This document shows positions 10,931-19,512 of a DNA stretch of 64,000 nt, piece by piece. The position numbers and the translations under genes are program-made. The DNA lies in IMG/VR virus record IMGVR_UViG_3300026488_000026, positions 1 through 64,000 of that record. One strand, given 5' to 3'. The notes beneath the pieces were generated by a model. The model worked only from the letters and a program-made list of their open reading frames with translations, did no database searches and was not told the origin of the DNA. Every line of letters begins with the position of its first letter. The first letter of the stretch is position 1. The stretch comes from a virus.

Positions 10931-12243
10931 AAATAAAGTGCCTCGCCTAAAACAGGATGTTCATAAGCCTCAAATTCAAGTTTATTTGCAAGAACTCCAT
11001 CATCATCTTCTACACTAACACTTGTATATTTGATATAAGGCAACCAAATTGCAAATTTATGTTTTTGTGATTCATCGTCTGTTTCAGTTCTCATTTCAAG
11101 GAAAAATTCTGCTGTTTGATTGTTTTTAAATTTATTTAATTCATCCCAATTTTCAAAAGTAACAGTCATTGTTCCTTTAATTGTTTTTTTAGTAATAATT
11201 TTTTTCATAATACCTGAAGAAGTAATTGCCTCTCTATCAGATACTTGATTTTCAATTGTTATTTCTACATCTTTTCCTTCATAAGTTTTACCGTCAACTG
11301 TAAGAATTGCATTTTTTCCTACATAAGGAATAGTTGTTAAATATTTATTTGAAAGTAAAGGCTCATTTTCCGCTGTCTCAAAAGAACTTGCTCCTAAATC
11401 AATTGACAATGTTGCAATATCAGCAACAGGAAAACTAAATTTAACTGAATTAGGCACAGCACCTTTTAATGTCAAACTTCTACTATCAGTATCATCACAA
11501 CCATACATCAATTTAACAGCTAATGACTGTTCTTCTCCACAAGGTTTAGCTAATTTATAAAGAACAGCATCACCTACCTCACCAGCTTTAACTTCATAAA
11601 TTTTATACGCAACATGTGAAACTACATCAATTGTAAATTTATCTCCTACCGCAAAATTTGTTGAGCCACTTTCGATTTTAAATTTAATTATTCCATTATC
11701 ATAATCTTTGCCTGTAATTGCATCTTCTTTAGCACCACTTACACTACCTGTTACGCTCCAAACCTCTTCGCCTGCAGTATCAGCGTTAGTACATTCAATA
11801 GTCCATGTTTCAGTTTTAATAGTATCTTCGTTGTAACCAAAATTTGTTAAATTACCATCTCCTGTATTTCCACTATCAGCGGTAATAGTGCTTTCTACTT
11901 GAGGGGCGGCATCTGCTCTAATTATAGCACCTGTCCCTAATCCTGCTTCTTCTCTAATTCCAAGTGCTACTTCAAGAACTACATTACCAGCTAAATCATT
12001 ACTACCATTTCCAAGCGGTATCAATTCAAAAGCAAGAGTACCACTACCAAATTCTTTACCTGGTAATGCTGGAGCTGTAATGTAAGAATTTCTTACAACT
12101 TTTCTTTCAATAACATCAATTTCTGGTTTCAATGCACTATCAGAAGTTACTTCTACTACATCGTCGTCTGTAAAAGTTCCTCCTTTATTAAATTCTTTTT
12201 CTTTAATAACTGCATATAATGTAGATAGTGTCTTATAAGCCAT
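10918..12243 (-). CDS. major tail tube protein with inserted beta domain
   Basis: 441 aa, acidic; position after tail terminator; own late promoter and terminator. Confidence 0.85.
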   Translation of the reverse strand: MAYKTLSTLYAVIKEKEFNKGGTFTDDDVVEVTSDSALKPEIDVIERKVVRNSYITAPALPGKEFGSGTLAFELIPLGNGSNDLAGNVVLEVALGIREEAGLGTGAIIRADAAPQVESTITADSGNTGDGNLTNFGYNEDTIKTETWTIECTNADTAGEEVWSVTGSVSGAKEDAITGKDYDNGIIKFKIESGSTNFAVGDKFTIDVVSHVAYKIYEVKAGEVGDAVLYKLAKPCGEEQSLAVKLMYGCDDTDSRSLTLKGAVPNSVKFSFPVADIATLSIDLGASSFETAENEPLLSNKYLTTIPYVGKNAILTVDGKTYEGKDVEITIENQVSDREAITSSGIMKKIITKKTIKGTMTVTFENWDELNKFKNNQTAEFFLEMRTETDDESQKHKFAIWLPYIKYTSVSVEDDDGVLANKLEFEAYEHPVLGEALYLAHK

Positions 12244-12277
12244 TCTCTTATCCTTTCTAAAGTATTCTTACTTTATT

Positions 12278-12285
12278 TATATCGG
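12278..12285 (-). promoter_or_regulatory. late promoter box CCGATATA
   Basis: 35 nt upstream of tail tube ATG. Confidence 0.8.
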
Positions 12286-12289
12286 ATTA

Positions 12290-12697
12290 CTATATTCTTT
12301 TTATATACCTAACTTCTATATCTATTTTCGCAATAGCATAAGGATGAACTACACCACCTTCTCTTTTCATACTACTTACTGTCATATCTACAACCCCCAT
12401 AGGTTGCCATCTAATTTCTTCAACAACCTCATACACAACATCTATCAAATCACTTAAAATATCTTCATATTGATTTCTTGCTTGTTTATTAAAAACATAA
12501 ACACTTATATTACCAACATAATATGCCTTATTATTAGTTAAATTATCTCTTTCTTTTTCTTCACTTTCATACATAACACTAACAGCGGGAAATCTATCAA
12601 TTTGTGTCCATAAAGGCACAATATTTTTATAAAGCTTTACAAAAGCTTTTTTATTTTGTAAACCTTCTAATATTTTTTCAACAATTTTCTTTCTCAT
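12290..12697 (-). CDS. tail terminator protein
   Basis: 135 aa, 'FPAVSV' motif, immediately upstream of tail tube gene. Confidence 0.7.
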   Translation of the reverse strand: MRKKIVEKILEGLQNKKAFVKLYKNIVPLWTQIDRFPAVSVMYESEEKERDNLTNNKAYYVGNISVYVFNKQARNQYEDILSDLIDVVYEVVEEIRWQPMGVVDMTVSSMKREGGVVHPYAIAKIDIEVRYIKRI

Positions 12698-12776
12698 AAC
12701 ACTAAACCTTTTGTAATTTCAATTAATAAAATCAACATAATAATTATATAATAGATTCCTACACTTTTTTGTATAA

Positions 12777-13262
12777 TCATACTATTTCCTTTGTTTCTTT
12801 TAGTAATAATTCAAATAAATCATTAACCGATATTATACCATCTCTCCCTTTATCAAATAAAACATCATACATCCAATCTTTCCAAGCTGGAACTTTTCCA
12901 TCAGCTCTTTTAGGTTTTGCCATATCTGTAAACTTAGCATAAGGAACGCCTATTTCAGCCCAACTATATATTATAAAATCTTGTCCTTTTTTATAAGCAT
13001 CGACTTTTGTTTTTATACTTTCTAATTGTTGTCCACTTACCTTATAAGTAAATCTACGATTAGCGGGTCTCCTTTTGTGTAAATATTTTAAAGGAATAGG
13101 CGTTCCTAATGCTTTTTTTATTGCTTTTTCCCAAGCTTTTAAATCTTTATCAAGTTTTTTTGCTAAAAACTCTAACTTATGAATACTTAAAAAAGGAAGT
13201 TCTTTTTTTAAAACTTTCCAAGTTTCCCCAATTGATTTTTTAATTTTAACTTTCGCAATCAT
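12777..13262 (-). CDS. putative tail completion/neck protein
   Basis: Basic 161-aa protein, 'SGQQLESI...VPYA' resembling HK97 gp10-like proteins; synteny. Confidence 0.55.
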   Translation of the reverse strand: MIAKVKIKKSIGETWKVLKKELPFLSIHKLEFLAKKLDKDLKAWEKAIKKALGTPIPLKYLHKRRPANRRFTYKVSGQQLESIKTKVDAYKKGQDFIIYSWAEIGVPYAKFTDMAKPKRADGKVPAWKDWMYDVLFDKGRDGIISVNDLFELLLKETKEIV

Positions 13263-13816
13263 AATCTAAACATCCTAAAAGAACTTAGTAAATTTTCTAT
13301 CATAGGAGGAATATCATCAATTACTTTTATTTGCTCTCTAATTCCCGTGGACATTGAAACAATACTATCTGTGTCTTTCATAACATCATTATAAACTTTT
13401 TTACCTAACATACATAAACCAGAAATCAAACCTTCAGGAACTAAATCAATATCATTATAACCTACTTTATACTCAATTCTCATGATTTGATTGTCAGCAA
13501 TTGTAAATAAAGGAGGTAAATAAATTCGATTGTTTTCTCCAACTTCAAACTCAATTAAAGTGCTACTATCAATACTTTCTCCATCTATTTTAACATCAAC
13601 TAATTCCGTTACAATACCTTTTTTAGTATAAATTGAATTTCCATAGATTTTATTTACTCTTTCTACTAAATCTCTCTCATAAATAGCAACATTATAATAA
13701 TCGTAAATATAACTTTCACTAATATCTAAGATTTCTAATAAAAGATCATCAATTTCGTTATCTTGAACATCTAAAATACTTTTAAATTTAACTAATAAGT
13801 CGTCTTTTAAAGCCAT
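13259..13816 (-). CDS. head-tail connector/head completion protein
   Basis: 'DDLLLEIL...IYDY', 'IEYKVGY..VP', C-terminal 'IPPMIENLLSSFR' typical of gp6/gp15-like adaptors. Confidence 0.8.
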   Translation of the reverse strand: MALKDDLLVKFKSILDVQDNEIDDLLLEILDISESYIYDYYNVAIYERDLVERVNKIYGNSIYTKKGIVTELVDVKIDGESIDSSTLIEFEVGENNRIYLPPLFTIADNQIMRIEYKVGYNDIDLVPEGLISGLCMLGKKVYNDVMKDTDSIVSMSTGIREQIKVIDDIPPMIENLLSSFRMFRL

Positions 13817-13856
13817 AATTTATCCTTTTATAAAACTAAGCGTTTTAATCCAAATA

Positions 13857-14132
13857 TTATTTATTTTCTCTTTTAGACTCTGTTTTTCTTTTCCTCGTTT
13901 TACTTTTGTTATATAATTCGTCTGTATCTTTTTCTTTATGAAGGGACTCCTTTTTAGAGTTTTTAGAAGTATCTTTAATTTTTTCTATTAAAACAAATTC
14001 TTTTGGAAAAGTATTTAAAAGATAATCTCCTAACTCTTTATCTACAACATATAATCCATCATATTTATAAGGACTAAATAAAATTCCTCTTACCATAATT
14101 CCATTACCGATAACTTTAATTTTATATTTCAT
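13857..14132 (-). CDS. hypothetical late protein
   Basis: 91 aa, AGGAG RBS, late promoter upstream, basic C-terminal tail. Confidence 0.55.
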   Translation of the reverse strand: MKYKIKVIGNGIMVRGILFSPYKYDGLYVVDKELGDYLLNTFPKEFVLIEKIKDTSKNSKKESLHKEKDTDELYNKSKTRKRKTESKRENK

Positions 14133-14161
14133 TTTAAACTCCTATAATAAGTATTTTATTA

Positions 14162-14169
14162 TATATCAG
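14162..14169 (-). promoter_or_regulatory. late promoter box CTGATATA
   Basis: 30 nt upstream of ATG 14132. Confidence 0.75.
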
Positions 14170-14266
14170 TTTTATATCTTATTTATTAATAGCTCTACCT
14201 ATACAAATTTACAATGAAAAATAAAACTAAAACAACGAATTAATGGGAAATTTTAAAGATTTTGGA

Positions 14267-14305
14267 TAGGATATAAAAATTTTCTTTAAGGCTTCGGACA
14301 GTTTT
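14267..14305 (+). repeat. partial copy of the 126-bp repeat
   Basis: TAGGATATAAAAA..TTCTTTAAGGCTTCGGACAGTTTT. Confidence 0.9.
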
Positions 14306-14325
14306 TAGAGAATAATGTAAAAAGA

Positions 14326-14350
14326 AAAATCACTCATTAGGAGTGATTTT
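14326..14350 (-). terminator. terminator after major capsid gene
   Basis: AAAATCACTC-attag-GAGTGATTTT stem followed by T-rich sequence on the minus strand. Confidence 0.8.
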
Positions 14351-15563
14351 AATTAGAAGCTACATTAACGATTGCTGATACAGGAGTAGAATTTACACAA
14401 AGTTTTTTGAAGTCAATATCTCTATATCCAACATAGAGAGTTGTTGAACTTACTGCTTTTCTTTCTGTTTCAATTCCAATGTTTCCTCTATCGGCAACAC
14501 CAAAGTATGCTTTATTAACAAGAAGAACTGCTGTTTTATCTCCACTTGTTTCATCTACATCCCCATTTGCATCAAGATTATCAGGGATATATTCTGTTAC
14601 TATGATAGGCATACCAAATAGTTTTCCAATTTCACCTACCATAATAGTTGCTTTAGCACCATATTTATCAACAGTCAAAACTTCTGGCAATTCAAGCATT
14701 TGATATGCTACATTTACAGGTGCTACAATTGCAAGGTCGCCCAAATTAATTCCATAAACTCCAAGTAATCTTCTTGCTTGAGCGATTAATGATGCCGTTA
14801 CAGGGTTTCCTCCAGCATCAACTTTATTACCAGCATCTTTTGCATACTTCAAAAGTCCATCAAATGCTTTTTTAACATCATTAACATCACTAATAGAAGT
14901 ATCTCCCATCACAAGTGCTTCTTCTGTTGCTCTTGCAAGTGATTTTACAAGCTCTTGTCTAACAAGTTGTGTAATTGCTGTTACCATTTCTTGGTCTGCT
15001 TGGTCTGTTACAGCAAGTAATGTCTTAAATCTTGAAGTTGCAAAACTAATTTTTGCACCATTAATAGCACTTTCAATAGCATCCTCACCTGGAGCAATTA
15101 AATATGCTTTTGCTTTATCTGTTTTTGCTGGAATAGAAAATGTACTTCTATTTTCTGGCATTTTAAATCTTTGGAATAGCCCTTCAACTTTAAGGTCAAG
15201 TTCAAGTTCTTCCATTACTTTATTTGAAAATTCCTCAGCTAACCAACTTGCAATATCTGATGGTTTAATTGCTTTTTCAATAATAGGTGCGATTTCTTTA
15301 AATTCAGCAAAACTATCAACAGGTCTGCCAAGAAGTTTAGATTTAATGTGCAAATCAACTGCTTTTTCTTTTGCCTTTGCAACTTCTTTATCATTAATAG
15401 ATTTTTCTTCAAATTTTGTTTTTCTTTCAGTCCATTTATCTTCAAATTCTTTTTTAAGCTCTTCTACTTTTTTTTGTGCTTCAGTTTTAGTGCTGTCAAG
15501 CTCCTTTTTAAGTTCTTCTACTTGTTTTTGTAATGTAGAAATTACTTCAATTCCCATAACCAT
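14349..15563 (-). CDS. major capsid protein (HK97 fold, N-terminal coiled-coil delta domain)
   Basis: N-terminal coiled coil; 'EEALVMGD', 'FDGLLK' and 'GKLFGMPIIVTEYIP' motifs; T5-like position. Confidence 0.93.
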   Translation of the reverse strand: MVMGIEVISTLQKQVEELKKELDSTKTEAQKKVEELKKEFEDKWTERKTKFEEKSINDKEVAKAKEKAVDLHIKSKLLGRPVDSFAEFKEIAPIIEKAIKPSDIASWLAEEFSNKVMEELELDLKVEGLFQRFKMPENRSTFSIPAKTDKAKAYLIAPGEDAIESAINGAKISFATSRFKTLLAVTDQADQEMVTAITQLVRQELVKSLARATEEALVMGDTSISDVNDVKKAFDGLLKYAKDAGNKVDAGGNPVTASLIAQARRLLGVYGINLGDLAIVAPVNVAYQMLELPEVLTVDKYGAKATIMVGEIGKLFGMPIIVTEYIPDNLDANGDVDETSGDKTAVLLVNKAYFGVADRGNIGIETERKAVSSTTLYVGYRDIDFKKLCVNSTPVSAIVNVASN

Positions 15564-15590
15564 TTCCTTTCGATGTTATTTTACAAAAGT

Positions 15591-15598
15591 TATATCGG
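15591..15598 (-). promoter_or_regulatory. late promoter box CCGATATA
   Basis: 28 nt upstream of capsid ATG. Confidence 0.8.
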
Positions 15599-15749
15599 AA
15601 AGTTGTAATTTGTTTTATTATCAGCAAATTTTTTATTGTATTCTAAAATTTGTTTGTTTAAAAAATCGTTGATTTTTTTCAAGTCTTCGCGTTCTTTAAC
15701 ACAAATTTTATAACGATTTAAAAGTTCTTCAAATTCTTCTTTAGGAATT

Positions 15750-15941
15750 TCAATCATTTCCCTCTTCATTTTTTACCTTTATATGTAATATGATAGGTTT
15801 AGTTTTTGTTATATTATAATCATAACTTTGTAATTTAGGACAATTTGTTTTTAAATAAACATATTTTATTTTTTCTTTACAGGCACAACCATTAAGGAAT
15901 AGTGATGTTAATATCACGCTCAATAGTAATGTTTTTTTCAT
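15750..15941 (-). CDS. o-spanin (outer-membrane lipoprotein)
   Basis: Start moved to 15941 (AAGGA RBS); MKKTLLL..FLNGC lipobox; overlaps 3' end of i-spanin. Confidence 0.75.
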   Translation of the reverse strand: MKKTLLLSVILTSLFLNGCACKEKIKYVYLKTNCPKLQSYDYNITKTKPIILHIKVKNEEGND

Positions 15942-16215
15942 TTTTAGTTCCTTCAATTTGTTTTGCAACATTTAATTTTTCTTCTAAAGTATTTCTTTCA
16001 AAATTTACAACTTTTAAAGTGTTTTTAATTTTTAAAAGAGTTTGTTTTAAATTATTGTTTTCAAGTTCTAAATTTTTAATTGTAGTTTCTTGTTTTTGTA
16101 TTGTCTTTTTAAGTTCTTTTTCATTCAATTTTATTTGAATAAAAATAACACTAAAAGCAATTAACATAATTGCCAATAAAAAGCCAAAAATTTTATTTTT
16201 TAATAAATTAAACAT
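15892..16215 (-). CDS. i-spanin
   Basis: Start moved to 16215; single N-terminal TM helix followed by coiled coil; overlapped by lipoprotein gene. Confidence 0.75.
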   Translation of the reverse strand: MFNLLKNKIFGFLLAIMLIAFSVIFIQIKLNEKELKKTIQKQETTIKNLELENNNLKQTLLKIKNTLKVVNFERNTLEEKLNVAKQIEGTKNEKNITIERDINITIP

Positions 16216-16429
16216 TTTCTTCATCCTTACTTTTTGATTTTTCATAAGTCCTACCAGCAATCCATGCAACAGGAATACCAACAGCAATTGCAGTCCATAA
16301 ATCAATAAAAGCTTTATCTAAAGAAATAATTTTAAATCCACTTAATAAGGTTATTAAAGAAGTAAAAAAGAGAACATACCACGCCATTGAAGGTCGTGAT
16401 AAATTTTTAAACAAATCAATTTTGTTCAT
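16208..16429 (-). CDS. putative holin (2 TM)
   Basis: Two hydrophobic segments, 'RP' before TM1, 'GRTYEK' plus charged C-terminus; precedes spanins. Confidence 0.7.
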   Translation of the reverse strand: MNKIDLFKNLSRPSMAWYVLFFTSLITLLSGFKIISLDKAFIDLWTAIAVGIPVAWIAGRTYEKSKSKDEENV

Positions 16430-17891
16430 CTTTTTGTAGATATTCCGCAAGTTTTTCGTTTATAATTTTTTCAAGCTCACCATAAACATTTAAAAGATAA
16501 TCAAGTCCTTCAACATCATTTGCCTTTTTCTTTAAAAAGGCTAATAAATCAAATTGTTCTTCTTTATTATCATCATGTAGTTCTTTTTTATTTTCTATCT
16601 CTTGTTCTTTTTTTACACCATTATCATCTCTATCTTGGAAATAATTTTTCATAAATGCAAGTAATTTTGCAACTTCACTTCTACCTATAATAAAATCATA
16701 AACATTTCCATCATTTTTTACATATCTTCTAATTCTATAACCTAATGGCGGGTTTGGATAAGCTGTTAATACACTTTCACTTGTAACATTTACAATAAGC
16801 TCTCCTTCATCTCCGCCTTGAACTTGGTCTCCTACTTTTAAATTTTGACTTGATTCTATAATTTGATTTACTTTATCTTTTCCAAGATTTGTTGTTCCTC
16901 CTCTTTTTGCTTTTGTTTGCATATCTACTACCTCCTTAATTTCAGAATAAATTTTTTCAACTTGTGCTTCAAATTCCTTAACCATTTCTTCCAATTCTTG
17001 TGGTATTTCCTCAATTAAGTTTTGTCTTTTCATTTCTCTATAATGCTTTAATAAATGCCTACTTGCATCTCTTTTTTCTACAACACTAATATTAGGATCA
17101 TTTCTTGCTCCTCTTAGTGCTTGATAAGCACTTATAACACCATTTTTATTAACAACTAAATCTTCACCTTGTAATTCATGATGAGGAAATTTCCAAGTAC
17201 TCCTTTTTTCAATATCACCTACAACTAAATAACACTCTTTAATATAACTCTCTTTACCTAATTCTGCTAATTTTTGTCCTAAAGCTGTTTTATCAACTTC
17301 AGACCAAGCTTTAGTGCTAATTACATTGTTTTTTATTGCTTTTTCTTTACTCATTTCCATAAATCCTTTCTTAGTTAAATTTTGTCTTGTTGCCAACAAA
17401 CATATTCCTCTTTCACAAGGACTACTTTCTAAGACCGTAAATAAACTATCTTGGTTATCAGGAATAGATACAATACTTACTTCATAAAGCTCGATTTTAG
17501 TCCAATACCATACACCATCAATTTCTTTATAATCAAGACCTCTAAAACCTATCGAAAAAGCTTTTAAAATACCTTCTTTAATAGCTAAAAAAACTTTTGG
17601 ATTTAACGCTTTATAAACAATTGCTTCAATTTCAAGACCTTTTTGCGTTAAATTAATATTAATTACTTTTCCTACTACATCTAAAGGATTGTGTTGATAG
17701 AGTAATACAGGATTTTTCATAAAATTAGTTAAATCATAACTTTCTGGTAATACGCTTTCTTCACTTCTATCTACTATTAAATTGCCATTATCATCAAGAT
17801 AGCGATTTGCAAAACCTTTAATTAATATTTTTTCATCATCATTAACTTCAGTTGAAAATTCTTTTACAATTAAATTAAAAGTTTTATCCAT
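16416..17891 (-). CDS. prohead protease (HK97/S78-like) with long C-terminal extension
   Basis: 'NPVLLYQHN', 'AFSIGF', 'LYEVSIVSIPDN' catalytic motifs in the first ~150 aa. Confidence 0.9.
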   Translation of the reverse strand: MDKTFNLIVKEFSTEVNDDEKILIKGFANRYLDDNGNLIVDRSEESVLPESYDLTNFMKNPVLLYQHNPLDVVGKVININLTQKGLEIEAIVYKALNPKVFLAIKEGILKAFSIGFRGLDYKEIDGVWYWTKIELYEVSIVSIPDNQDSLFTVLESSPCERGICLLATRQNLTKKGFMEMSKEKAIKNNVISTKAWSEVDKTALGQKLAELGKESYIKECYLVVGDIEKRSTWKFPHHELQGEDLVVNKNGVISAYQALRGARNDPNISVVEKRDASRHLLKHYREMKRQNLIEEIPQELEEMVKEFEAQVEKIYSEIKEVVDMQTKAKRGGTTNLGKDKVNQIIESSQNLKVGDQVQGGDEGELIVNVTSESVLTAYPNPPLGYRIRRYVKNDGNVYDFIIGRSEVAKLLAFMKNYFQDRDDNGVKKEQEIENKKELHDDNKEEQFDLLAFLKKKANDVEGLDYLLNVYGELEKIINEKLAEYLQKDEQN

Positions 17892-17919
17892 AAATTCTCC
17901 TTTAGAACTTCTTTAAGAT

Positions 17920-17927
17920 TATATCGG
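17920..17927 (-). promoter_or_regulatory. late promoter box (G)CCGATATA
   Basis: 29 nt upstream of protease ATG. Confidence 0.8.
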
Positions 17928-19283
17928 CTAAACTTTTAAATCAGGATCGCCTCCTAAAGGGTCTGTACTTCCTACACTACTTGGTTTATTATTTTGGCTT
18001 TCAGAATTATCAGTATTATTTTCTGAATTATTTTTACTCATAGCAACTAAATCTTGGAAGAATTGAGCTTCGCTACCTGTTAAGAAAGCAGGGACAATAT
18101 TTTTATCTGCACCATCAAAATCCATTTCTGGTAAATCAACTAAATTTCTTGCTTCATTTAATGTGGCAAGTCCTGTTGCAAACAATGTTCTCGCACTATC
18201 AGCTTTTACATCAAGAGCCGTATCAAGTTCTGTAATTCTTCCAAAATCAAATTCAAAATGATACTTACCATAACCAAATTGTTTTCCTAAAAACAAATTA
18301 ATTTGGTCTTGTATTCTATATAAATAAGGTCTTACAGCGGTATTAAATACAACTTTCATTAATTCTTGTGGTTTTCCAGCACTACTTGACTCACCTCCTA
18401 AAACAAGTGCATTTAATTTAAAAACTCTTAAAACTCTTTTTTCACTTATATTTATACTATCTAAAAGCATTGCATCTTTAGGGCTTGCTTGAACTGTCTT
18501 ATAATCCATTTTGGCTGGTAAAACAGCTATACCTCTTCTTTCACTACCACCTTTTCCATATAAAGCATTAAATTGTTCTCTTAATTCTTCTATTTGTTGA
18601 GGAGTTAGAGCGTATTCTGCTTTTAAAATACCAGCTAAAATTACACTTCCTTCATAAAATTCTTTTAAACTTTCAATGGCATCTTTTTCTAATGTTAAAG
18701 TATCAAGTAAAGGGGCTACACTTGGTAGCCCATAATAAGCATTATTTAAAGTTGGATTTACAATCCAAATAAGTTCATTTTCTTTATAAGCAATTTTATC
18801 ATTATAAATATAACCTTTAATAAATTTAGTCGCATCGGGCACTACTTTAACATTGTGAGGTTGAGTTAAAAACCAAGTTTCATAACTTCCTTTTACATTT
18901 TCAAAAGTTAAAGGAGCTACACCAGAGAGTAATAAACCTTGAATTGCAAGTTCAATTATTGTCCCCCAAGACCAAAACGGATTTGGTCTGTATTCCCATT
19001 CTCTTAATTTTTTGTCCTTAACAGGTAGTTTTTTACCAGATTTATCTAACTGATATAATCTTGGGACGGCTTGTCCTCCAGCTTTTGCTATATAATCAAC
19101 AGCACTAAAAACAAGCTCACTTGTATGAAAAGAATTTTCCATAGCACTTGTAGCTAAAATACCATTTCCATCTTTATAATCTTCAAAAATTTTTTTATTT
19201 GCTTTTGTAGCTTTGGTATTCATATATATTAATGTTTCTTTTTTTGTCTGAGGTTGTTTTTTAAAAAGATCAAAAAAACCCAT
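17928..19283 (-). CDS. portal protein (HK97 family)
   Basis: 'RPNPF', 'YYGLPSV', 'TLNEARNLVDLP' motifs; between terminase and protease. Confidence 0.92.
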   Translation of the reverse strand: MGFFDLFKKQPQTKKETLIYMNTKATKANKKIFEDYKDGNGILATSAMENSFHTSELVFSAVDYIAKAGGQAVPRLYQLDKSGKKLPVKDKKLREWEYRPNPFWSWGTIIELAIQGLLLSGVAPLTFENVKGSYETWFLTQPHNVKVVPDATKFIKGYIYNDKIAYKENELIWIVNPTLNNAYYGLPSVAPLLDTLTLEKDAIESLKEFYEGSVILAGILKAEYALTPQQIEELREQFNALYGKGGSERRGIAVLPAKMDYKTVQASPKDAMLLDSINISEKRVLRVFKLNALVLGGESSSAGKPQELMKVVFNTAVRPYLYRIQDQINLFLGKQFGYGKYHFEFDFGRITELDTALDVKADSARTLFATGLATLNEARNLVDLPEMDFDGADKNIVPAFLTGSEAQFFQDLVAMSKNNSENNTDNSESQNNKPSSVGSTDPLGGDPDLKV

Positions 19284-19315
19284 CTATTTTCCTTTTTAAT
19301 TATTATTACATAACA

Positions 19316-19323
19316 TATATCAG
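19316..19323 (-). promoter_or_regulatory. late promoter box CTGATATA
   Basis: 33 nt upstream of portal ATG. Confidence 0.75.
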
Positions 19324-19337
19324 TTTTAATAAAAACA

Positions 19338-19495
19338 TAAAAAATAAAGGAGAGAAAAATGAAACCTAATTTTAAGGGGAGGACATTCAATTGAGCTTTA
19401 TTTAAAAATAAAGCTCAATTGAACACCCACATCAGGTGTTCTAAATTTAACACCCACTTCAGGTGTTATAAATTGAACACCCACATCAGGTGTTC
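19338..19495 (-). ncRNA. candidate late small RNA: three 27-nt hairpin repeats, an 18-bp hairpin and an anti-RBS tail
   Basis: Orphan late promoter at 19502-19509; hairpins with compensatory closing pair; 19338-19364 complementary to RBS/ATG regions of replication-arm genes. Confidence 0.55.
19421..19495. repeat. three tandem 27-bp palindromic units
   Basis: Units start at 19421, 19448 and 19475: (G/T)AACACC-CAC(A/T)TCA-GGTGTT(C/A). Confidence 0.95.
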
Positions 19496-19501
19496 TACTA
19501 T

Positions 19502-19509
19502 TATATCGG
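19502..19509 (-). promoter_or_regulatory. orphan late promoter box CCGATATA
   Basis: No ORF follows; 7 nt upstream of the hairpin array. Confidence 0.7.
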
Positions 19510-19512
19510 AAA

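Noticed and set aside
19359-19394. Plus-strand 11-codon ORF MKPNFKGRTFN with strong RBS
   Set aside because: No plus-strand promoter seen and it is antisense to the late arm; better explained as the template of an anti-RBS segment, though not excluded.
19421-19495. Mini-CRISPR array or coding repeat (minus frame reads RTPDVGVQF-ITPEVGVKF-RTPDVGVQL)
   Set aside because: Only 6 nt lie between palindromes; the open frame has no start codon or RBS downstream of the promoter and ahead of the repeats.
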